Positions 1 to 12,900 of a stretch of DNA of 64,000 nt are shown piece by piece. The notes under the pieces are model-generated. The model searched no databases. It was not told the DNA's origin and was given only the letters and a program-made list of their open reading frames with translations. The position numbers and the translations under genes were made by a program. Origin of the DNA: Octopus vulgaris (Eukaryota); assembly GCA_951406725.2 (NCBI GenBank), contig OX597814.1, positions 15,066,001-15,130,000 of the forward strand, given 5' to 3'. Numbering within the stretch: position 1 is the stretch's first letter; every line of letters starts with the position of its first letter.

Positions 1-129
1 GCTCACACACACTTTCAGTTACGTATACATTTATAAACACTCACGCACTCACAAATATACATGCCTACGTACATTTCTACTACCTGACTACCTTCTTGCA
101 TACACTAATACCTACATACATGTATGTAC

Positions 130-147
130 TCTTTCTCTTTCTCTTTC

Positions 148-196
<49 letters not shown>

Positions 197-310
197 GTAT
201 GCATTTATGTGTGTATATATATATATGTATAACATAAATAATATATAAATATATGCATATATACATACATATATGTACATACCTACATATACATGTATAT
301 ATACATGCAT
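130..310. repeat. (CT)n and (TA/TACA)n microsatellite tract
   Basis: Simple repeats read directly; they explain the ORFs at 80-529 and 283-468. Confidence 0.9.
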
Positions 311-739
311 ATATGGGTACAGGACATCAAAAAAACGTAGACACAATGAGAAACGAAAACAAAGCAAAAACATAGAAAGCGAACTTTTTTCGAACAACGA
401 AAAAACAAGCAGAGAACCGAGACATGCAACATAAAGAGCATTCCTTTCATCAGTTGTCCCTGTTTCATCTACTTCGCGTTGCGAAGGTAAGGGCAATACG
501 CGACTTTGTTGAAACGGTCCTTCCCGCAAAGCAAATTAAATAAAATTTGGGATTTTTTGCGGAGGGTGTAAGTGGTAATAAAAATAGGACTGTGAGAACA
601 AGACAGTAAAAACAAACGGTAAGGGTTGTTAAGTCAAGACGATGTGAAGGTGGCGCCCCAGCATGGCTGCAGCCACATGACTGAAACAAGCAAAAGATAC
701 AAGACACTATCACATCTACCACCAAAAACATCAATTTCG

Positions 740-1098
740 GCTTAACGGCATTTCGGTTGTCTTTACGTTCTGAGTTCAAATCCCGCCGCTGTCAACTTTG
801 CTTTTCATCTTTTCAGGGTCTTTCAGAAGAAAATACCGGTTACACACTGGAGTCGATGTAATCGACTTAATCCGTTTGTCTGTCCTTGTTTGTCCCTTCT
901 GTGTTTAGCCCCTTGTGGGTAGTAAAGAAATACGTATTTTATCTGTCTTTATGTTCTGAGTTCAAATTCCGCCGAGGTCGACTTTGCCTTTCATCCTTTC
1001 GGGGTCGATTAAATAAGTACCAGTTGCGTACTAAGATCGATCTAATCGACTGGTCCCCTCTCCAAAAATTTCGGGCATTGTGCCTTGAGTAGAAAAGA
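740..1098 (+). mobile_element. Two tandem/nested tRNA-derived SINE copies (family M; central domain GCCTTTCATCCTTTCGGGGTCGATAAA, Meta/MESC-like)
   Basis: B-box-like GAGTTCAAATTCC at ~772 and ~958, followed by the same central domain. Further copies at 7690-8133, 59512-59660 and 63620-64000. The domain name is from memory and tentative. Confidence 0.75.
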
Positions 1099-1349
1099 TT
1101 ATTTATTATATTTTGTCTGAGGTACGCGTGATACAATTAATAGTTATAATTTGTTGATTCCCAGCACGATCCTAGGTTGCTTATACATCAGTGTGCAGTT
1201 GCTGTAGTTGAAACCCGTGTATGTACCGAAAAGATGCTGCAAATAACTGATAACTAAAATACCCTGTTGTTGATGTTGAAATTCCAATGAAGGAACCTTG
1301 GATCTAGGCTTAAAATCAGTTCTTTCTCTATTGACAAGAAATCTTGAAA

Positions 1350-1582
1350 TAAACTGAATAATGATATACATGCGTATGTACATGCTTACATAAATCCGCC
1401 AAATATGGTTGTGTGGGACCACAAAGGAAAGATATTATCTATTGTGGAAACAACTGTTACCCGGACACGAAAGGGGTTAGAAAAATACAAGTGAAAGAGG
1501 ACATCCTTTGTGGTCCCACACAACGATATTTGGCCGATTTATGTATGCATGTACATACGTATATATGTTATTATTCAGTTTA
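1350..1582. repeat. Inverted repeat / MITE-like foldback (79-bp arms, 75-bp spacer)
   Basis: 1350-1428 is the reverse complement of 1504-1582 with a few mismatches (…GTGTGGGACCACAAAGGA / TCCTTTGTGGTCCCACAC…). Confidence 0.85.
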
Positions 1583-2029
1583 ATACCTGAAAATGTATCT
1601 TGGGTACTGGATTTCATCATTGACAAGGTGTTTGGAAATTCAGTACCCAAGATACATTTTCAGGTTCAAAACCCATTATTATTGGAGCAACAAAGTACAT
1701 ACCGACTCATCTGCAGCAAAATATGGCTAAATTCGGAATCTTAGAGAGAAAATGCAAATCTTTAATTCATACGCTATAAATGTTCACGATATCTAGGATT
1801 TAAAAAGATGTCGTTTAAATCAAGCTACATTCCTTCCCAACCTTGCTACCAAGTGAGTGTGGTAGGTAAAAATTTACTCTAAAATGAAAAAAGAGAAATA
1901 GAAGGCACCCCCTCCCCCACACACACATGCACACATGCATTAGTTTCACCCATGTGACTGCAGTCATACTGGAATACCTGATGAGTTAAGTCCCTTCTAA
2001 GTACCTATGCAACATTAACTAGCATGGAG

Positions 2030-2394
2030 CTGAGTCAAACTGTTAAAACTCCACCTGTCTAACACCCGTGGACATGTTTACAAAGTCAGAAAACAGCACA
2101 GCTCCCACGACTTTCAGAAACATTTTTTTCACGCTAAGAGTTGCTGAAGTATGGAACAAACTGCTGGCATCAGTTGTTAGTTGTCGGAGCACTGCATCCT
2201 TCAAAACTTCCATGCTTCCTGAGATTCGTCAACACTACACCTGATTATCTCCCCTCCTTACACACGCAAGCATGTATCTGACTCATACACTGTTCACTTC
2301 CCAGACATTTCTACATTATTGCATATGCTTTATACGCACATTTGACAAGTTGTGGTGCACGTGAGCACTGTATACAATAATTTCATTATTATTA
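2030..2394 (+). mobile_element. 3' fragment of CR1-group LINE (ORF2 C-terminus, 3' UTR, (ATT)n tail)
   Basis: Manual translation from 2061 with one frameshift: NTRGHVYKVRKQHSSHDFQKHFF/TLRVAEVWNKLLASVVSCRSTASFKTSM. This matches the CR1 C-terminal pattern TRGH..K…R..FF..RV…WN.LP..VV…FK. Ends in TTTCATTATTATTA. Confidence 0.8.
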
Positions 2395-2630
2395 GAGGCG
2401 CAATGGCCTAGTGGTTAGGGCAGCGGACTCGCGGTCGCAGGATCGCGGTTTCGATTCTCAGACCGGGCGTTGTGTGTGTTTATTGAGCGAAAACACCTAA
2501 AAAGCTCTACGAGGCTCCGGCAGGGGGTGGTGATCCCTGCTGTACTCTTTCACCACAATGGCGGTGCCCCAGCATGGCCACAGCTCAAGAGCTGAAACTG
2601 GAAAAACAAAAAAAAACAAAAAAAAAAAAT
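2395..2630 (+). mobile_element. tRNA-derived SINE (family G head), truncated and joined to a CCCCAGCATGGCC…CTGAAAC-(A)n tail
   Basis: A-box TGGCCTAGTGG and B-box-like GGTTTCGATTC. The same head occurs at 56944 (-) and 58710 (+). Confidence 0.8.
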
Positions 2631-4127
2631 ATATACATGTATTTAATAACATTTAACTTTTTTTATTCTTTATTTCTTCAGTTTCTTGAAAATGAAACTT
2701 CTAGGGAGCAACCGTTTAGATATTTGTAAAAATTCTATTTTATTGGACGTAACAAACACCCGATTTGGCGACGCGAAGGGAAACTTTTCATGTGTCTTCA
2801 TATCTAGCTAAATCAAAAATACAAGCAACAGGGACTTCAGTTGTGGCACATTTGTAGTAGATATATAGCTAAATAAATCTTGAGTTTTCGGGACATGGTA
2901 CCATTTTAATAAAGTATTAATGTATTACTAACAATGGCTAGGTGGATATTCAGATCAAGACGTCCACATACGTTGCATTATCTGTTTTAACGGGGATTTT
3001 TTCAATTTCTTTTTCCCCTGTGTCGCTTTTTGCGAACAAAATTTTAAAAAAACTCTTGAGTTTTCCATCGCCCCACCCACCTTTGTTTCTGTTTATAAAT
3101 TTAAAATATCGGAGAGCCTGCTCGGTGCAGTGGAGAGGTAAAAATTTAAATTACAATTTTGTTTGTTTAAAATCCAGCAATGGAACACCCTTGGACTAAA
3201 CAGAAGCTATGTGTTTCTTTTACGTCATTGTTCCATCAAATGTGCTTATGGGAAGAAAAGTATTTTAAAAAATCAACACATGTCTAAGGGATAAATGAAG
3301 AAGGTAGCTGGTGTTCGTGCGATGTGCTAGAAACAATAGCTAAATCTCCCTTAAATCACACACCTTTTCTACAGAAAATATTTTTTCATAACCAAAAGGT
3401 TTGCTTCCGTCATTTTGAAGTGTATAGTGCAAACAAAATTGGTCAATAACGGTGCGAAGCGGGATGGGGAATAACAAATTTTCAAAAATATCTTTCAGGC
3501 AAAGCTTCCCGCCATCATTTCCAAGGGCATGGCGAAAGGAAAACTGGAGAAATCCCCGTCAAAACGGAGAAAATGGAACTTATGTGGGCGTCCTAATCCG
3601 CGACTCCGACTATTAAAAACAGTGATCGCAAAGTGATCGCAAATTTTTCATGCATTTTCAGACATGGCAACATTGTGATCCATTACCTGTAGAAGGTTCG
3701 ATTTTGATGCTCTGGCATGGAGTATAAAACTAAATCCTTTCTGTGAGATTGGGGTTTTACAATGCATTTAATACTTACCCCTGGAGAACTCTGAAGAAGG
3801 GAAGGCACGCACAGTCCGAGCACGCAAAACCCCACTTTTTGTTTGATCGTTCTCATGTTAAAAATACATTTTTTTTTTTGTGGACAATTAAATGTCACTT
3901 GAAAGATCTAGATGTGAGCGTTATTTTCGTACGTTTGGTCAAAATTCAACGCTAAAATATAATGTCAGGCCTCCTCAATCACCATCGTATTTCCGCCCAC
4001 AACGTTTGTCCCATTTTTGTTTTTGATTGCTGAAAGGTAACACGCGTTCTAGTTCAATGCGGTACAGCACTCTAACTCGATTTTTGTTGAAAATGATGCA
4101 GTAATGAAAAGGTCTTTTTTGCTTTAT

Positions 4128-4511
4128 TATCGCCCGGCGTTGCTCGGGTTTGTAAGGGAAATAACTATAAAGCATTTTTAGAGAGTTATAGCCAAAAATT
4201 AGCAAAAAATGCATTAAAAATGGAAAGAAAAATATGGTCAATTTTTTTTAAATCGTTGACTCATCGTAGACATTTTTAGAGAGTTACTTCCCTTATATTA
4301 AAAAAATATGCATTAAAATGGAAAAAATGATGGTAAATTATTTTTAAAATCGTAGACTCATCGTAGACGCGCGCTAATACCCAGAAGGGCTTGATATAAA
4401 TCACGACTATAAGATACCCGGTTTTGGTTAAACTGCACCGCAATATGTGGGAGTAGTTAGGAATCTAAATCGGAGTAGACAGACACACAACCTTACTTTT
4501 ATATACAAAGA
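4128..4511 (-). mobile_element. Non-autonomous Helitron copy (terminal CTAG lost)
   Basis: Reverse complement of the element at 62863-63256: 5' TC at 4511 and subterminal hairpin CCCGAGCAACGCCGGG near 4133-4148. Confidence 0.8.
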
Positions 4512-4720
4512 TAATAAAACTGAGTTCGTGTGTGTGTGTGTTCAAAACCGAGTTGCCGATTTTGAAGTATAACGTATAAAAAGATTCAGTTATCTTACGT
4601 CTACTAAATAAAACATGTTTTTTGCACAACTCTTTTTTTACTACAAAAATAACTTCGCAAACGAACTCGGGTCGCGCAGTTTTCAGGTTTTTTTTAGCTA
4701 AGGGAGGCAACTTACGGCTG

Positions 4721-4812
4721 TTCAATAAGCGAGATATATCTACCGTGACAAACCGCAGCGTGTAGCGTGTTCCCCAGTTCGAACGTGTATCAAGCATACT
4801 CGGACTGATAAT
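4721..4812. mobile_element. Solo terminal arm of the MITE family seen complete at 8446-8850
   Basis: Matches 8761-8850 (…CCCCAGTTCGAACGTG.A.CAAGCAT.CT.GGACT.A.AATA). Confidence 0.65.
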
Positions 4813-5959
4813 ATTATAAGTGGGGTTTCGTATGGAAAAATTGTGCTTGTTGCCTTTTTTTACAGAGCTCTACAGGGATATCTAATGTGTGTGTGTGCGT
4901 TCCCTCTTCAGAGGAACTAATATTTTTTAACAAAAAAAAAAAAGGAACGGAATCCTATAATTTTTCCTTTGGAAAAAAAATTGCTTTTTTGACCGTTTTT
5001 GGGCGTCATTGACAGAGGTGGGATTTGAACTTACTGACTGCAAAAAAAAAAAAAAAAAAAATTGGAACCTTGTTCAAGCGTTTTCTAATTTATCTCATGT
5101 AGATTTACCTCAGATTGTGCTGCATTAATAGCTTCCACATTAGAATGAAATAAATTCATCTGCATCTGCTTGCAAAAAGAAAAAAAGAAATACAAAAAAT
5201 AAGAATGAATGATATAGAAGCATATTAAAATAAGTATATGAAGAAAAAAAGTGTCTCTTTCAGCGATTTTCTCCTTTTGAGGGTGATTTCTACCCCAAAT
5301 CTATTTCTTAGCAAACCCTATTTCTCTCTGCCTCTTATACTAAAAAGAACCGCTGGTAGCAACAGCGGTCTTCAGTCAAATTTTGTACGTATATATATTT
5401 ACATAAAATATAACAAATTCCTTATATAAATAAATATATATATATATATATATATATATTTGAAATTATAATTCATCTCTCTCTATGTAATGCCTCGGAT
5501 TTTACCGAAAAAAAGGCATAAGGTTTGCTGATTTTAACCCACGCTGGTGGAAAGGGGAGAGCAGAAATTCTTCGTTTGCATATTTGAATTTGATAACACT
5601 GTTAGTTTTGAACAGATCTTCAGAAGCGATAACAGGCCGAAAGGGTATGTTCCCACTTTCAGTGTTTTCAAATCCAAACCAGGGAGTTCTGAGCTGATGA
5701 TAGAAGTGTCGATTTGACTAATCTTGAAACGTACGTTCTCAAATAACCTTTGCATTTGATTTTTTAATGTCTCTACCCTCATACTTTCGTGAGTTGAATT
5801 GAGCAAACACTATACGAGAGAGATTTTCTTTAAGTATTGGAGATAGTTTTAAAAAAGTTTTTTAGCTGCTATTTCTAATGAGTTCAGTATGCGGCAAAGT
5901 AATTTATTTTACTAAGCCCTTTTATATAATGTAATATATATATATATATATATATATAT

Positions 5960-6363
5960 TACTCTTTACTCTTTTACTTGTTTCAGTCATTTGACTGCGG
6001 CCATGCTGGAGCACCACCTTTAGTCGAGCAACTCGACCCCGGAACTTATTCTTTTTGTAAGCCCAGTACTTATTCTATCGGTCTCTTTTTGCCGAACCGC
6101 TAAGGTGACGGGGACGTAAACACACCAGCATCGGTTGTCAAGCAATGCTAGGGGAACAAACACAGACACACAAACACACACACATACATGCATATATACA
6201 TATATACGACAGGCTTCTTTCAGTTTCCGTCTGCCAAATCCACTCTCAAGGCATTGGTCGGCCCGGGGCTATAGCAGAAGACACCTGCCCAAGATGCCAC
6301 GCAGTGGGACTGAACCCGGAAACATGTGGTTGGTTAGCAAGCTACTTACCACACAGCCACTCC
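5960..6363 (-). mobile_element. tRNA-derived SINE (family A: AGGCGCAGGAGTGGCTGTGTGGTAAG head, internal (TA/TG)n, (AAAGAGT)n tail)
   Basis: Near-full reverse-complement match to 43132-43541 and 54698-55119. Confidence 0.9.
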
Positions 6364-6540
6364 TTTTTTTATCTCTTACTTATTGCAGTCATTAGACTGC
6401 GGCCATGCTGTGGCATCACCTGAGCGATTTTCATTTGAATGTATTGACCCCAGTATTTATTTTTAAAGCCTTATTTTTAAAGAAATATATGTATATATAT
6501 ATATAGAGAGAGAGAGAGGATATTGATTTGTTCGACAAAT

Positions 6541-6910
6541 AGGCGCAGGAGTGGCTGTGTGGTAAGTAGCTTGCTTACCAACCACATGGTTCCGGATTCA
6601 GTCCAACTGCGTGGCATCTTGGGCATATGTCTTCTGCTATAGCCCCGGGCCGACCAATGCCTTGTGAGTGGATTTGGTAGACGGAAACTGAAAGAAGCCT
6701 GTCGTATATGTGTATATATGTAAGTGTGTGTATATATCGTATAAAGAAGCCTGTCGTATATATGTATATATGCATGTGGGTGTATATATATATGTATATA
6801 TGTATGTGTGTGTATATATTGCTTGACAACCGATGCTGGTGTGTTTACGTCCCCGTAACTTAGCGGTTCGGCAAAAGAGACCGATAGAATAAGTACTGGG
6901 CTTACAAAGT
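6541..6910 (+). mobile_element. SINE family A copy, 3'-truncated, with internal duplication of AAAGAAGCCTGTCGTATAT
   Basis: Head AGGCGCAGGAGTGGCTGTGTGGTAAG at 6541; body colinear with the other copies. Confidence 0.9.
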
Positions 6911-7019
6911 AAAAGAGTAAACTCTTCAAGGTGGCGCTGCGAGCGTATACGCGAGGTGTATACGCAAATTTTGTCAACAAGCGAGATATCCGTGATAAAA
7001 TGCAGTGTAAAGCTTGTTC

Positions 7020-7155
7020 CCCAATCACATATTTCCCGGTTCTGTCGATCTGCGTGGCACTTTGGGCAGGACTCTTTTTCTATATCCTCGGACCGACCAC
7101 AGCCTTGTGAATGGATTTGGTAGGTGGAAATTGAAAGAAACCCGTCGCATATATA

Positions 7156-7229
<74 letters not shown>

Positions 7230-7231
7230 TG

Positions 7232-7277
<46 letters not shown>

Positions 7278-7490
7278 CGTCAGTGTTTGTCTCTCCACGA
7301 TCACTTACCAACCGATGTTGGCGTTTTTACATCCATGTAAGGTAGCGGCTCGACAAAAGAGGTCGATAGAATAAGTACTAGGCTTACAAAATATAAGTCC
7401 ATGGGTCGAATTCATCGACTAAAATCTTTAAGGCAGTGCTCCAGCATTGCCGCGGTCAAATGACTGAAACAAATAAAAGAATAAAAGAAT
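7020..7490 (+). mobile_element. Older SINE family A copy with expanded (GT)n(GTCT)n
   Basis: Diverged but colinear with family A, ending …CAAATGACTGAAACAAATAAAAGAATAAAAGAAT. Confidence 0.8.
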
Positions 7491-7689
7491 ATATTCCCTT
7501 CTGATATTGTAAGAGGGCAATCAGCAGCAACATATTATCGAAACAAACGAAGAAGACAAATTGCCAAAGTGCTGGCAGCTATTAAAGCTTTGACATATAC
7601 GAAAAAATATTTTGGGAAACTACAGAATTCATATGATAACTTTTGTTTATATTTCGATTATTGACAACGTAAATTTTTTTTGTGATAAT

Positions 7690-8133
7690 CTTTTCTACTC
7701 TAGGCACAAGGCCCGAAATTTTCGTGGAGGGAGCCAGTCGATAAGATTGTCAATAGTACGCAACTAGTACTTAATTTATCGACCCCGAAAGGATGAAAAG
7801 TAAAGTCGACCTCGGCGGAATTTGAGCTTAGAACATAGCAGCCGACGAAATACCTATTTTTTTACTACCCACAAGGGGCTAAACACAGAGAGGACAAAAA
7901 CAAGGACAGTTAAACGGATTAAGTCGATTACATCGACCCCAGTGCGTAACTGGTACTTATTTAATCGACCCTTAAAGGATGAAAGGCAAAGTCGACCTCG
8001 GCGGAATTTGAACTCAGAACGTAACGGCAGACGAAATACAGCTACGCATTTCGCTCGGCGTGCTAACGATTCTGATTTTTTATTACCCACAAGGGGCGAT
8101 TTGGCGTGCTAACGATTCTACCAGCTTGCCGCT
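7690..8133 (-). mobile_element. Two tandem SINE family M copies
   Basis: Reverse complement of the 740-1098 arrangement (GACCCCGAAAGGATGAAAGGCAAAGTCGACCTCGGCGGAATTTGAACTC). Confidence 0.8.
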
Positions 8134-8445
8134 TTCTAGTGTTCATGTAATGTTAATACAAAGTATCCAGTTAATGAATGTAGGGGAGGCAACTTCATAT
8201 CTTGTTATGTGGAGTGCGATAAAATTAAAAAACATGGTCTATTACTTCCCCTTTTACTTTTTTTTTTTTTTTCCAGCACGAGAAATCTGATTATATCCTT
8301 TTATTAATTTAGCTGTTTCAATCATTTGACTACGGCTATGCTGAAGAACTACTATACATGGTATTTTAGTCGGAGAAATCAATTCCAGGACTTAATCGTT
8401 ATAAATTAGAGAGGAGAGTGCGTGGTAGTGATAAGTGAAAGAGCA

Positions 8446-8850
8446 ATGTCAGTCCGAATATGTTTGATGCACGTTCGAACTGGGGAACAAGCTTCTCACT
8501 GTACTTCGTCACGGATATCTCGCTTGTTGACAATATTTGCATATACACCTAGATCAGCACGCAGCGCCACCTACATAGACTGTGAGACTGTGAGATATTA
8601 ACATTTCCTAGTAGTTGTCTCCCATTGGTTACACACACACTAAGCAGACGGCACTGCGAGCTTGAATTAAGAGATTACTTCTCTCATGTTCTTCCAATCA
8701 CCGTAGGGTGACCGGCTGCGCTATACGGCAGTTCACCGTAGGTACATTACACAGCATTTATCAACAAGCAAGATATATTCACCGTGACAAAACGCAGTGA
8801 GAGGCTTGCCCCCCAGTTCAAACGTGCACCAAGCATGCTGGGACTAACAA
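8446..8850. mobile_element. MITE-like element with ~88-bp terminal inverted repeats, inserted into a family A SINE tail
   Basis: 8446-8533 is the reverse complement of 8761-8850. The SINE tail breaks at …CCAGGACTTA (~8395) and resumes TTATTCTTTGCAAGCCTAGTAC (~8856). Confidence 0.75.
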
Positions 8851-9233
8851 TAGCATTATTCTTTGCAAGCCTAGTACAACAGAATATGCTTCAACACACG
8901 AACTCATATAAATAATCTTTGACTTAATTGCTGACATTCAAGAGCTTTCTGATGTTGGGATGGCTGTACAGGTAAAGCTGAACTAAGCCATTTCACTTCA
9001 TCTGCATATTGCATTATTTACTTAGAATCACTTAGAAGTAATAGACAACGGTGACCATCTTTGAAAAGAATAATAAAGAGAGGTAATTAGTGAGAGATAT
9101 GTTGAATTCTCAGATAAGAGAACGAAAATAAGAAAATTCCAATGCATTTTTTATCTTCTACTTGTTTCAGGCATTGCACCGTGGTCATGCTGGGACATCG
9201 CATTGAAGAGTTTGTCGAACAAATCAATATCCC

Positions 9234-9401
<168 letters not shown>

Positions 9402-9867
9402 ATATAACCACCCAGCGAACTTCCACCATGGGTCATCACAATTGCTTAAGGTAAAAATGAATTCCTCGCTCTTTCGGAAACATCAATCTTCTGTATTGAC
9501 CGCTTTCCACCACTTTGATCTGTTTTTTGTATTGAATACGTATCGCCACCGTGGGCCACTGCATCGAACACTTTGAACATATACTTCAAACTATATATCA
9601 ACTATACATGAACTATATATCAACTATACATGCACTCTAAGATGTCTGACTCCGTTGTGTATTATAAATGAATTTCTTGTGTTTGACGGCATGAGCTGTC
9701 TCTTTTTATATATAACTTTTTTTGATAAGGTTCATTTCAGGAACTGAAACATGTTATAATGTATATATAAAAATTTAAAATTGTATAATACAGCAGCATT
9801 TTCGAACTTCATTTTTTACAAATATATATATATATATATACATATATATAACAAATTCCTTATATAT

Positions 9868-9967
9868 NNNNNNNNNNNNNNNNNNNNNNNNNNNNNNNNN
9901 NNNNNNNNNNNNNNNNNNNNNNNNNNNNNNNNNNNNNNNNNNNNNNNNNNNNNNNNNNNNNNNNNNN
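9868..9967. other. Assembly gap (100 N)
   Basis: Run of 100 N, the usual placeholder for a gap of unknown size. Adjacency across it is not guaranteed. Confidence 0.98.
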
Positions 9968-12900
9968 CATAATTTACATAAATATATACATAATTTGCAT
10001 ATATATATACATAATTTGCATATATATATACATAATTTGCATATATATATACATAATTTGCATATATATATACATAATTTGCATATATCTATACATAATT
10101 TTCATATATATATACATAATTTGCATATATATATACTTAATTTGCATAAATATATACATAATTTGCATATATATATACATAATTTGCATATATCTATACA
10201 TAATTTTCATATATATATATACATAATTTGCATACATATAAATATAGTTTGCATACATATATACATAATTTCATTATATATATACATAATTTGCATACAT
10301 ATATACATAATTTGCATATATATATACATAATTTGCATATATATATACATAATTTGCATATATATATACATAATTTGCATATAAATATACATAATTTGCA
10401 TATATATATACATAATTTTCATATATATATACATAATTTGCATATATATACTTAATTTGCATATATCTATACATAATTTTCATATATATATACATAATTT
10501 GCATATATATATACTTAATTTGCATATATATATACATATTTTGCATATATATATACATATTTTGCATATATATATACATAATTTGCATATATATATATAA
10601 TAATTTGCATATATATATATACATAATTTGCATATATATATACATAATTTGCATATATATATACATAATTTGCATATATATATAATTTGCATATATATAT
10701 ATGATTTGCATATATATACACATAATTTGCATATATATATACATAAATTGCATATATATATACATAATTTGCATATATATATACATAATTTGCATATATC
10801 TATACATAATTTTCATATATATATACATAATTTGCATACATATATACATAATTGGCATATATATATACGTAATTTTCATATATGTATACATAATTGGAAT
10901 ATATATATACTTAATTTGCATATATATATACATAATTTGCATATATATATATACATAATTTGCATATATATATAATAATTTGCATATATATATACATAAT
11001 TTGCATATATATATACATAATTTGCATATATATATACATAATTTACATATATATATACATAATTTGCATATATATACAATTTGCATATATATATATATAA
11101 TTTGCAGATATATATATATAATTTGCATATATATATATAATTTGCATCTATATATATATAATTTGCATATATATATATAATTTGCATATATATATAATTT
11201 CCATATATATATACATAATTTGCATATATATATACATAATTTGCATATATATATACATAATTTGCATATATCTATACATAATTTTCATATATATATACAT
11301 AATTTGCATATATATACTTAATTTGCATATATCTATACATAATCTTCATATATATGTACATAATTTGCATATATATACTCAATTTGCATATATATATATA
11401 TTGCATATATATATACATAATTTGCATATATATATATAATAATTTGCATATATATATATACATAATTTCCATATATATATACATAATTTGCATATATATA
11501 TACATAATTTGCATATATATATACATAATTTGCATATATATATAATTTGCATAGATATATAATTTGCATATATACATATATAATTTGCATATATATATAT
11601 ATAATTTGCATATATATATATATAATTTGCATCTCTATATATATAATTTGCATATATATATATAATTTGCATATATATATAATTTGCATATATATATACA
11701 TAATTTGCATATATATATACATAATTTGCATATATATATACACAATTTGCATATACCTACACAAAATTTGCATATAAATATACATAATTTGCATATATAT
11801 ATATACATAATTTGCATATATATACATAATTTGCATATATTTATATACATAATTTGCATATATATATACATAATTTGCATATATATATACATATTTTGCA
11901 TATATCTATACATAATTTGCATATATATATACATAATTTGCATACATATATACATAATTTGCATATATATATACATAATTTGCATATATAGTTACATAAT
12001 TTGCATATATATATACATAATTTGCATATATATATATACATAATTTGCATATATATATATACGTAATTTTCATATATGTATACATCATTGGAATATACAT
12101 ATACTTAATTTGCATATATATATACATAATTTGCATTTATATATATACATAATTTGCATATATATAAAATAATTTGCATATATATATATACATAATTTGC
12201 ATATATATATACATAATTTGAATATATATATACATAATTTGCATATATATACAATTTGCATATATATATATATAATTTGCATATATATATACATAATTTG
12301 CATATATATGTACATAATTTGCATATATATATACATAATTTGCATATATATATACATAATTTGCATATATATATACATAATTTGCATATATCTATACATA
12401 ATTTGCATATATCTATACATAATTTTCATATATATATACATAATTTGCATATATATATACTTAATTTGCATAAATATATACATAATTTGCATAAATATAT
12501 ACATAATTTGCATATATCTATACATAATTTTCATATATATATACATAATTTCCATATATATATACATAATTTGCATTTATCTATACATAATTATGTATAT
12601 ACATAATTTACATATATATATATACATAATTTGCATATATATATACATAATTTGCATATATATATACATAATTTGCATATATATATACATAATTTGCATA
12701 TATATATACATAATTTGCATATATCTATACATAATTTTCATATATATATACATAATTTGCATATATATATATACTTAATTTGCATAAATAAATACATAAT
12801 TTGCATATATATATACATAATTTGCATATATCTATACATAATTTTCATATATATATACATAATTTGCATACATATAAATATAGTTTGCATACATATATAC

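Noticed and set aside
330-530. Repeat (similar piece at ~35890-35970) with CTGATGA on the minus strand, possible type II hammerhead
   Set aside because: GAAA is not intact and stems I and III could not be formed.
5534-5806. 90-aa ORF in non-repetitive sequence, possible exon
   Set aside because: No recognisable motif, no clear splice context and no supporting neighbouring exons; needs RNA-seq or tBLASTn.
8560-8575. CTCF-like core GCAGCGCCACCT (also ~6930)
   Set aside because: Only a partial match, lying inside a transposon arm.
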